A model generated the notes under the pieces. The model was given only the letters and a program-made list of their open reading frames with translations. It ran no database searches and was not told the DNA's origin. Source: Candidatus Saccharimonadota bacterium (GTDB lineage: Bacteria > Patescibacteriota > Saccharimonadia > Saccharimonadales > AWTP1-31). Taken from it: 64,000 bases of DNA. Location of the stretch: the NCBI GenBank assembly GCA_052034955.1, contig JBPOHZ010000015.1, positions 26,998 through 90,997 of the forward strand, in the 5' to 3' direction. Below are positions 56,519 to 63,999 of this stretch, piece after piece (the first letter of the stretch is position 1; every line of letters begins with the position of its first letter). A program made the translations under genes and the position numbers.

Positions 56519-56566
56519 ATATTACCATAAAAATAGTATTTTGTCTAGTGGCGGGCCCGACCGGAT
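56519..56566 (-). repeat. Junction copy 3: promoter half fused to an 18-bp duplicate of the tRNA-Asp 3' end
   Basis: TACCATAAAAATAGTATTTTGTCTA matches the repeat; TGGCGGGCCCGACCGGAT (56549..56566) is identical to 56719..56736. Confidence 0.9.
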
Positions 56567-56682
56567 AGCCACACATCTATGCCAGTGCTCGGAATAAATT
56601 CCTGCGCTCTGGCTTGATGACCGAACTGGCGATCTCATTCACTTCGTTCATGGATCGCCTCGTTTGTATCGTTGGGCAGCTA

Positions 56683-56717
56683 TGAAAAAGAGCCATCACA
56701 TGGATGACTCATTTTCA
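56683..56717 (-). terminator. Terminator-like hairpin directly after tRNA-Asp
   Basis: Minus strand TGAAAATGAGTCATC-CATGT-GATGGCTCTTTTTCA. Confidence 0.65.
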
Positions 56718-56718
56718 C

Positions 56719-56796
56719 TGGCGGGCCCGACCGGATTCGAACCGGCGATCTCCTCCGTGACAGGGAGGCGTGTTAGGCCAGCTACACCACGGGCCC
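56719..56796 (-). tRNA. tRNA-Asp(GTC)
   Basis: GGGCCCG...CGGGCCC-G-CCA, anticodon loop CTGTCAC. Confidence 0.97.
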
Positions 56797-56920
56797 GCAT
56801 CGATACTTAAAAGTAACAGATGATAGTCTAACAATTTAAGGTGTAAATAGCAAGAAATATAATTCTTAAATATTACTTAAATAATTGATTATATTGCTAT
56901 AGGTACATCATAATTTAACT

Positions 56921-57397
56921 ATGGTCACACTCAGAAAACTATTTCCTAACTGCTTGGTTTGTGATGCGATGTTACCCAGAAGGAGCTACAAGTATTGTTC
57001 AAATAAGTGTCAAGCAGACTTTCAGTACGAAAAATACATACATGATTGGAAGTGTGGCAAGGTATCAGGCCTGCAAGCAAGGTTGGGAATAGTCTCTCGG
57101 CATGTAAAACGTTATTTAAGGAGTAAATACCATAACAGATGTTGCATTTGTGGGTGGGCTGAGGTTAATATTGTTACACGTACTGTACCGCTGGTAGCAG
57201 ATCATATTGACGGTAATTGGCAAAACAACAAAGAAGCAAATCTAAGGCTTATTTGCCCTAATTGTGACTCGCTTTCGGCAACTTATGCGGCACTTAACAG
57301 GGGAAAGGGTAGAATAGGTCGAAGGGTTAGCAACAGGGTTAATGTTGCAAGAAGTAATGCAAACAAAGTTGCCGGGGTAACTCAGTTGGTAGAGTAG
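56921..57397 (+). CDS. HNH endonuclease with N-terminal Zn finger
   Basis: CLVC...YCSNKC, CCICG and DHIDGNWQNN...NLRLICPNCD. Its stop lies inside tRNA-Thr. Confidence 0.9.
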   Translation: MVTLRKLFPNCLVCDAMLPRRSYKYCSNKCQADFQYEKYIHDWKCGKVSGLQARLGIVSRHVKRYLRSKYHNRCCICGWAEVNIVTRTVPLVADHIDGNWQNNKEANLRLICPNCDSLSATYAALNRGKGRIGRRVSNRVNVARSNANKVAGVTQLVE

Positions 57398-57446
57398 CTG
57401 TTTCGTAAATAGCAAGTCGTGGGTTCGAGTCCCATCTCCGGCTCCA
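57371..57446 (+). tRNA. tRNA-Thr(CGT)
   Basis: GCCGGGG...CTCCGGC-T-CCA, anticodon loop TTCGTAA. Confidence 0.96.
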
Positions 57447-57457
57447 AATTATCTTAA

Positions 57458-57532
57458 GCGAGTATCGTATAACGGCTATTATGTATCCTTCCCAAGGATG
57501 AGACGAGGGTTCGACTCCCTCTACTCGCACCA
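57458..57532 (+). tRNA. tRNA-Gly(CCC)
   Basis: GCGAGTA...TACTCGC-A-CCA, anticodon loop TTCCCAA. Confidence 0.95.
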
Positions 57533-57553
57533 AATAGGCTATAATAAATACAA

Positions 57554-57910
57554 ATGCAATTATCACAGAAATACTTACATGACCGAGTTATTCTATTACT
57601 TCTTAGTTTCAATACATTTCTAACATTAATTGGTTCTGTACTTATCTTTTTACAACTTGGTAGTGGCCAGAGTGGCAGGGTGATTGTAGCTTATCGTCCT
57701 AACTTAGGGATTAACTCCTATACACCCGGAAAGTCATCTGATTTCTTGGCATTTGCGTTGTTTCTATTTGTAACATTGGGATTAAACATCGCTTTAAGTG
57801 CACGAATCTACAGCAAGCACCGAAGTTATGCCCTCACAGTTCTCGGACTGGGTTCCTTGGTGGCAGTCGTTACCATTATTGTCAGTAATGCACTTCTGAT
57901 CTTAGGATAA
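57554..57910 (+). CDS. 3-TM membrane protein
   Basis: Three hydrophobic helices; coupled to the GT2 gene. Confidence 0.75.
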   Translation: MQLSQKYLHDRVILLLLSFNTFLTLIGSVLIFLQLGSGQSGRVIVAYRPNLGINSYTPGKSSDFLAFALFLFVTLGLNIALSARIYSKHRSYALTVLGLGSLVAVVTIIVSNALLILG

Positions 57911-57912
57911 TC

Positions 57913-59511
57913 ATGAAAACTACAGATATAGAGATACCTTACGAAGCTGACAGGGGCAGACGATATCGATTTTTCGAGATGCTGCCAGGCATTATGACCT
58001 GGTCCATCCTCGTGTTGCCATTTATTGTTAGTATTTTTGCACCAGAAGTGGTCATCGTATTCACTATATTCTACATTTTACTGTGGCTAGTTAAATCTAT
58101 CGGTATGTTGGTTCGCAATGCACAGGGAATTAAGCAGATGAACAAGTTCTCAAAGATGAATTGGGCAGAGCTTAATGATGATTTACAGAGGGGAGTCATC
58201 CCCGAAGGCAGGGGTGCACCAAGCTGGCATGCAGAAAGCCTGGCAAGGCTAAAAGATATCAAGCCTGACGACATTATTCACGCAGTGTTTATTGCAGCAT
58301 ATAACGAAACAAAAGAAGTTCTTGAACCGACAATTCAGTCTGTTATTGACTCCAATTATGATATGAAGAAGGTGATTCTAGTACTGGCTTACGAAGGCCG
58401 GGACGGAGCCCAGGCCGAGAAGCCAATGCTAGAGCTCTCCAAAAAGTACGGCGATAAGTTTGCCCATATCTTAGTTGCAAAACACCCTTTTAACCCCAAG
58501 GAAGTTAGGGGCAAGGGCGGAAACATTACCTATGCTGCCCGACAACTCGAAACATATCTCAAGCGGGAAAAGATTGACCCTATGAAGGTCATAGTTACGA
58601 CTCTTGATTCCGACAACCGGCCACATAAAGAGTATTTTGGGGCTTTAACCTATCTTTACTGTGTCTGCCCAGATCCGTTGCACTCTTCTTTCCAGCCGGT
58701 CATTATTTATACTCAAAATATTTGGGACGTCCCAGCACCGATGAGGGTTATTGCCACTGGTAACTCATTCTGGAACATTACTTTGTCTATGCGACAGCAT
58801 ATGATCCGTAATTTTAGCTCTCATGCCCAGAGTATGCAGGCCTTAATTGATACGGACTATTGGAGTGTCAGAACTGTTGTAGAGGATGGTCACCACTTCT
58901 GGCGTACTTATTTCCGCTACGACGGTAATCACGAGGTTTATCCTTTATTTGTACCAATCAATCAGGATGCTGTTTTTTCCTCTAGCTATATAAAGACTCT
59001 AAAGATGCAGTTTGTGCAATTGCGTCGCTGGGCTTGGGGGGCGTCAGACATTGCATATGTCGTCGACAAGGGTTTCTTTACTCCCAATAAGGTGCCCAAG
59101 AAAGACTTAATAATGAAGTTGGCTCGACTTTGGGAGGGCCACATCAGTTGGTCTACAGCGCCGCTGATACTTATGTTTATAGGCTTTATACCTTCTTTAG
59201 TAAATCCTCGAGATTATGCTTCGGCTCAATTACCGGTGCTGATTAGCCAAATACAGCGCTTTGCAATGGTGGGCATTTTAGCTACCTTGTTCCTTAGTCT
59301 AAAAATGCTGCCACCTAAGCCGGAACGCTACAAACGGCATCGAAACATATTCATGGTCTTACAATGGGTACTATTGCCGTTCACAACCATAATATATAAC
59401 TCTTTCTCTGCAATTAACGCTCAAACAAGATTAATGTTTGGTAAATACTTAGACAAGTTTGACGTTACCGACAAGGCAATTAAGACCGACGACAACAAGA
59501 CCGTTATCTAG
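57913..59511 (+). CDS. Membrane-embedded processive GT2 glycosyltransferase
   Basis: AAYNE, GKGGN, LDSD, VEDG and QLRRWAWG (D,D,D,QxxRW) with flanking TMs. Confidence 0.9.
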   Translation: MKTTDIEIPYEADRGRRYRFFEMLPGIMTWSILVLPFIVSIFAPEVVIVFTIFYILLWLVKSIGMLVRNAQGIKQMNKFSKMNWAELNDDLQRGVIPEGRGAPSWHAESLARLKDIKPDDIIHAVFIAAYNETKEVLEPTIQSVIDSNYDMKKVILVLAYEGRDGAQAEKPMLELSKKYGDKFAHILVAKHPFNPKEVRGKGGNITYAARQLETYLKREKIDPMKVIVTTLDSDNRPHKEYFGALTYLYCVCPDPLHSSFQPVIIYTQNIWDVPAPMRVIATGNSFWNITLSMRQHMIRNFSSHAQSMQALIDTDYWSVRTVVEDGHHFWRTYFRYDGNHEVYPLFVPINQDAVFSSSYIKTLKMQFVQLRRWAWGASDIAYVVDKGFFTPNKVPKKDLIMKLARLWEGHISWSTAPLILMFIGFIPSLVNPRDYASAQLPVLISQIQRFAMVGILATLFLSLKMLPPKPERYKRHRNIFMVLQWVLLPFTTIIYNSFSAINAQTRLMFGKYLDKFDVTDKAIKTDDNKTVI

Positions 59512-59917
59512 TCCGTCTTCTATTGAGGGCTTTATATTGAACGCCAGCGACTTTATCAAATCTATTTAACGTCTCGGTTGTGGTCTTTACGATCGTTGCG
59601 GTTGTAGTAGTACTGTCCAGTAACTTCTTCATTAGTTTGGCAGTCACCGTGTCGGTTAGTCCTCTGGCATCCTCAACAGGATTTACACGGTGTTTACAAC
59701 ATTCGTAGATGCTCAGGAAGAGGCTATCAGAACTAAACTTGGTTGTGCGACCTTGGGAATCAGCTACTAACAGGGCCTTAGACAGGTCTATGGTCTCTGT
59801 AGTTGTGGTCGTTTGGGCACAGTTTAAGCACTGACGCCGTCGCCAGGTAGTATTTGTCTTCTTTTGGTGACGGGAGTTAAAGACTAATGTTTTAGAACCA
59901 CAAAATATGCATAACAT
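59504..59917 (-). CDS. nrdR: NrdR-like transcriptional regulator (Zn ribbon + ATP-cone-like)
   Basis: CIFC...NSR...WRRRQCLNC...TTE N-terminus and a divergent ATP cone. Confidence 0.75.
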   Translation of the reverse strand: MLCIFCGSKTLVFNSRHQKKTNTTWRRRQCLNCAQTTTTTETIDLSKALLVADSQGRTTKFSSDSLFLSIYECCKHRVNPVEDARGLTDTVTAKLMKKLLDSTTTTATIVKTTTETLNRFDKVAGVQYKALNRRRTR

Positions 59918-59932
59918 GACTACATATTGTCA
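59917..59932. promoter_or_regulatory. NrdR-box-like palindrome abutting the nrdR start
   Basis: TGACTACATATTGTCA; core CTACATATTG fits the CwAnATATwG consensus. Confidence 0.5.
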
Positions 59933-59987
59933 TATGGCAATAAATAATGCTAGTGGATAAACTATATAAAGCTGTGGGAAAGACATA

Positions 59988-60170
59988 CTAAAGAGCACAT
60001 CAGAGGGGATATGCTTCAAAAACACGTTAAGAAAGACTAATCTTCGCTAACGTATCTTCGGGTTCGTCGTATTCGACTAATTTGCTTCGAAGAAGCTAGT
60101 TCCTCATAGAAAAGCTTAAAGCTCTCCAGAGAACTTTTTTTGCTGGTACTCAACCAAACACCTCATTAAC
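59988..60170 (-). ncRNA. Candidate structured ncRNA (~180 nt)
   Basis: TTGACT-17-TAACAT promoter (60205..60177), several hairpins, terminal hairpin at 59993..60017, and only a 16-codon ORF. Confidence 0.4.
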
Positions 60171-60258
60171 ACGCTTATGTTAACATAAATAGTATCAAAA
60201 GTCAATGTATGATCAATTACTCACGGTGTTATTCAGTTGTAAATTTTGTTAACGTCAA

Positions 60259-60696
60259 CTATATAATGTCGCCAGGTTCAACCATGACAGTAGAGGGGTC
60301 TCTTTGTCCGGCGGCTAACTGGGTCGCAGTAGTGAGCCTGTCCATTTGAACTTCTTGGGTAGCCTGTGTCTCAAGGGTACTTATCTGAGCTTGAGCACGG
60401 TTCGCATTAACTACATTAATTATTCCTACGGCTGCATACAACCCAGCGATAGCAAGCCGTGATGGCGTAACATTATCTGTAGGGACTCTTAAGTTTTCCC
60501 ATGGTAGATTTTGTAGCACTGTTGAGTTGTAGAATCTGGATATGCTTGCTTCAGTAAAGGCATCAACTACCGCGCCAGCTGAAGTGAGTGTAGCGACCGA
60601 TGTGGCTGCTCTTGAGCGCCTAAGGCTGCGCTGAATTCTCGGAATACGAGATTCATACTCAGCTTCTTGATAAATACTGCGATTTGTTCTGGCCAT
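60259..60696 (-). CDS. Hypothetical protein with hydrophobic segments
   Basis: Start moved to ATG 60696, which lies below TAGACA-17-TATTAT. Confidence 0.6.
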   Translation of the reverse strand: MARTNRSIYQEAEYESRIPRIQRSLRRSRAATSVATLTSAGAVVDAFTEASISRFYNSTVLQNLPWENLRVPTDNVTPSRLAIAGLYAAVGIINVVNANRAQAQISTLETQATQEVQMDRLTTATQLAAGQRDPSTVMVEPGDII

Positions 60697-60801
60697 ATAC
60701 CAACATAATAACATAAATACGCATATATGTCTATAGTATTTACTAACATACATATTGCTTTTATCTCTGTTATCGGCTATCATCTCTAGGTGTTTAGGGA
60801 C

Positions 60802-60878
60802 GGGCGATTAGCTCATTTGGCTAGAGCGCCACATTGACGTTGTGGAGGTGAGAGGTTCGAATCCTCTATCGCCCACCA
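60802..60878 (+). tRNA. tRNA-Val(GAC)
   Basis: GGGCGAT...ATCGCCC-A-CCA, anticodon loop TTGACGT. Confidence 0.96.
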
Positions 60879-60887
60879 GAAACACTT

Positions 60888-60915
60888 AGATCTACGTATG
60901 TAGATCTTTTTATTT
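60888..60915 (+). terminator. Terminator after tRNA-Val
   Basis: AGATCTAC-GTAT-GTAGATCT followed by TTTT. Confidence 0.7.
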
Positions 60916-61111
60916 ATCAGAAATATCTGTTCAGCTAACAAGACACACTGTTTATATTTACACCAGAAATGATATAAAACAGGGAATAGTTTTCCCCAGT
61001 GGATAATGTAAAAAAAGCGACACTAATGTACTAGCCATATAATACTAACCTTGTTATGATGGTTGGAGTGAAGTTTTGAGATTAGTTTTTTTGAGAGAAA
61101 ACAGTTTCGAC

Positions 61112-61153
61112 AAAGCGGTTGAATGACATGCGAAATCATTTAACCGCTTTTTT
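61112..61153 (+). terminator. Strong intrinsic terminator of an orphan short transcript
   Basis: AAAGCGGTTGAATGA...TCATTTAACCGCTTT-TTT. Confidence 0.75.
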
Positions 61154-61194
61154 AGTCCCCAACAGCGCTGCTTATAGGGGTGTGATATAATACC

Positions 61195-61382
61195 AAAAGC
61201 GTTGAAGCGGCCTAACCACCCGTCGAGCAAGCCTAAGTCATGGTAAGAGCAAGGCTATAAATAAGTGCTTACAACAGTCAATGTCGAGGTGGAACCTCCG
61301 TTATCACACAAGAACGGACCGAGACGCGTGCAAATTTAAGTATGTTTTTGCGAGGATACTTAAAAGCAGGCGTCTTTTTATA
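61195..61382 (+). promoter_or_regulatory. T-box riboswitch (threonine) upstream of thrS
   Basis: AAAGCGTTGAAG 5' signature, ACC codons in the first loop, antiterminator with TGGAACC bulge (61290..61296) and TCCGTT/AACGGA helix, and an overlapping terminator with T-tail. Confidence 0.8.
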
Positions 61383-61397
61383 TATAAAGGAGAAAAC

Positions 61398-63206
61398 ATG
61401 GCTCAAGACAACCAAGACAAACTACATCCAATGCGACATTCTTTGGCGCATATCATGGCTACAGCCGTAACTGCTCTTTGGCCGGAGGCTAAACTAGGAG
61501 TCGGTCCTGTGGTAGAGAATGGCTTTTATTACGATATCGATCTCGGTGATACCACTATTTCAGAGGATGACTTTAGCAAGATAGAGAAGAAGATGCGCGG
61601 TATCATTGCTCAAGATCAGGCCTTTATACGTTCCGAAAAGGGAATAGACGAGGCCATCGCCTGGGCAAAGGAAGCCAAGCAGCCCTACAAAGAAGAACTT
61701 CTGAATGATCTCAAGCGAGCCGGTACCACCGTAGCCAAAGATCTTGATGCCGAAGAGCTTGGAACAATCACCGAAGGTGACTCTCGGGTAGACAATGTCT
61801 CGTTTTATACCAATGGCGACTTCACCGACCTCTGTCGAGGCCCACATGTCGAGTCGACAGGTAAAGTGGGCGCCTTTAAGTTAATGCGCATCGCCGGAGC
61901 CTACTGGCGCGGTAAAGAAACAAACCCTCAGATGCAGCGACTTTATGGCGTAGCCTTCGAGACCCAAGAAGAACTCGATCATTATCTAGAAATGCTAGAA
62001 GAGGCTAAAGCTCGTGATCACCGAAAGCTTGGCAAAGAACTAGAACTTTTCTTTTTCCACGAGACCGCACTTGGAATGGCTTATTGGTTACCAAATGGAG
62101 TAGTTCTATATAATAAGCTAGTTGATTTCTGGCGCGAAGAACATCGTAACAGAGGTTACCAAGAGATTGTATCGCCAATACTAAATAAGAAAGATCTTTA
62201 TCAGACATCCGGTCACTTTGACCATTACTGGGATGATATGTTCACTTCTACGAATGATGAAGGTGAAGAGTATGGCATAAAGGCTATGAACTGCCCAAAT
62301 GCCATGGTTGTGTTTAAACATGGTCAACGTTCTTATAGAGATCTTCCACTGAGATTTTCAGATACCGACCCGCTTCATCGTAACGAAATGTCAGGTTCGC
62401 TAAATGGCCTTCTTAGGATTCGTCAATTTAGACAAGACGATGCGCATATCTTTGTAACAGAAGATCAGATAAAAGAAGAATATGAAAAGATTTTTGAAAT
62501 AACTGAGCGGTTCTATGAAATTTTTGGCTTAGACTATTCCTTCAGACTGGGCACACGACCAGAGAAGTTCATGGGAGATCCGAAGCTATGGGATAGCGCT
62601 GAGTCTACATTAAAGCAAATACTAGAAGAAAGTGGCAAAGACTTCTTTATCGAAGAAGGTGACGGTGCATTCTATGGTCCCAAGATTGATATTCTAATGA
62701 AGGATAGCCTTGGTCGTCCATGGCAGATGGGAACACTACAGCTAGATTTCCAACAACCAATTAGATTTGATCTTAAATATACAGACGAAGATGGAACAGA
62801 GAAAACACCTATCGCAATACACCGTGTAATCTACGGTTCATTGGAAAGATTCATTGGTATCTTAATTGAGCATGTTGGAGGATGGTTCCCATTCTGGCTA
62901 GCTCCAGAACAAGTAAGGATTTTGACTATCAATGACCAAATGGGTGACTACGTTAGTAAGATCACAGACATTCTAGGGTCGGTCGTCTTAATGAAGCCTG
63001 TTAAATATAACGAGATTCGCTACACCGTAGATGAACGCAATGAATCACTAGGTAAGAAAATTCGTGATGCTGCAGGAATGAAGATACCTGTGACCCTGAT
63101 TGTTGGGCCAAAAGATGCAGAAGCTTTAGAGGTAAGTGTTCGATTGCAGGATGGGGAGCAAAAGGTTAAGTTAAGTGATCTCAAGGAATTCCTAGAGAAT
63201 CTATAA
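61398..63206 (+). CDS. thrS: Threonine--tRNA ligase
   Basis: RHSLAH and DLCRGPH editing motifs, RDHRKLG, KAMNCP, FYGPKID and HRVIYGSLERF. AAGGAG precedes ATG 61398. Confidence 0.98.
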   Translation: MAQDNQDKLHPMRHSLAHIMATAVTALWPEAKLGVGPVVENGFYYDIDLGDTTISEDDFSKIEKKMRGIIAQDQAFIRSEKGIDEAIAWAKEAKQPYKEELLNDLKRAGTTVAKDLDAEELGTITEGDSRVDNVSFYTNGDFTDLCRGPHVESTGKVGAFKLMRIAGAYWRGKETNPQMQRLYGVAFETQEELDHYLEMLEEAKARDHRKLGKELELFFFHETALGMAYWLPNGVVLYNKLVDFWREEHRNRGYQEIVSPILNKKDLYQTSGHFDHYWDDMFTSTNDEGEEYGIKAMNCPNAMVVFKHGQRSYRDLPLRFSDTDPLHRNEMSGSLNGLLRIRQFRQDDAHIFVTEDQIKEEYEKIFEITERFYEIFGLDYSFRLGTRPEKFMGDPKLWDSAESTLKQILEESGKDFFIEEGDGAFYGPKIDILMKDSLGRPWQMGTLQLDFQQPIRFDLKYTDEDGTEKTPIAIHRVIYGSLERFIGILIEHVGGWFPFWLAPEQVRILTINDQMGDYVSKITDILGSVVLMKPVKYNEIRYTVDERNESLGKKIRDAAGMKIPVTLIVGPKDAEALEVSVRLQDGEQKVKLSDLKEFLENL

Positions 63207-63517
63207 TGAGCCGGGTCGATCCAGACTTTAACGACAGAGTTTATGCCCTGGTTGCAACTATACCTGAGCTTAAGGTCATGACATATGGGCAGATAGCCGC
63301 CGCAAGTGGAGCGGCTTGGGCAGCTTGGGAAGTAGGGCAAATTGCACATACTGGCCCACCCGATCTACCATGGCAAAGAGTGGTCAATAAGCAAGGTGGA
63401 TTAGCTAGTGGCTATCCAGGCGGGAAAGCAGGCCATAGGCAGGTACTAGAGAATGAGGGATTCGAGGTGTCCGAAGATTACTCAATAGATATTGAGAGGT
63501 ATTTATGGCAACCATAA
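63206..63517 (+). CDS. Alkyltransferase-like protein (Atl/YbaZ, MGMT family)
   Basis: TYGQIA...VG...PWQRVVN, with Trp in place of the catalytic Cys of PCHRV. Confidence 0.88.
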   Translation: MSRVDPDFNDRVYALVATIPELKVMTYGQIAAASGAAWAAWEVGQIAHTGPPDLPWQRVVNKQGGLASGYPGGKAGHRQVLENEGFEVSEDYSIDIERYLWQP

Positions 63518-63999
63518 CTAAACCACTGATTGTAATTGTCGGCCAAACGGCCAGTGGCAAAACGGCCCTGGCCGTAGATTTGGCGCTGCGATTCGATGGC
63601 GAGGTCATCTGCGCCGACTCCCGGACCGTATATAAAGGCATGAATATTGGCACTGCCAAGCCAAGACTGCCAGAAATGAAGGGGGTGCCTCATCATTTAT
63701 TAGATATCATCGATCCGGACCAAGCATTTAATGTTTCTGATTTTAAGCGATTAGCCGACAGGGCAATCACTGATATTCAAGGTCGTGGCAAATTGCCAAT
63801 TCTGGTAGGCGGTAGTGGTCTTTATATTAACTCGGTTATCTATAATTATGATTTTGCCGACTCAAAAGGGCCGAGGGACGAACTTAATCCTAGGCATTTG
63901 GCTGGCGATCTACCAAAACCAGAACAGCGGATTAGACCAAATACATTGGTTCTGGGGATCGATATTGAACCGGATATTTTAAAGACTAGAATTATAAAA
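63505..63999 (+). CDS. miaA: tRNA dimethylallyltransferase (3'-truncated by window edge)
   Basis: Translated by hand: IVIVGQTASGKT, ADSRTVYKGMNIGTAKP, PHHLLD and VGGSGLY. Confidence 0.95.
   Translation, partial: MATITKPLIVIVGQTASGKTALAVDLALRFDGEVICADSRTVYKGMNIGTAKPRLPEMKGVPHHLLDIIDPDQAFNVSDFKRLADRAITDIQGRGKLPILVGGSGLYINSVIYNYDFADSKGPRDELNPRHLAGDLPKPEQRIRPNTLVLGIDIEPDILKTRIIK

Noticed and set aside
59952-61008. DnaA-box-like words (GTGGATAA twice, TGTGGGAAA) as oriC
   Set aside because: Too few, imperfect and scattered, and no dnaA/dnaN is nearby.
61281-61397. 39-codon N-terminal extension of ThrS in the ORF track
   Set aside because: It overlaps the T-box antiterminator and terminator; a strong AAGGAG precedes ATG 61398.
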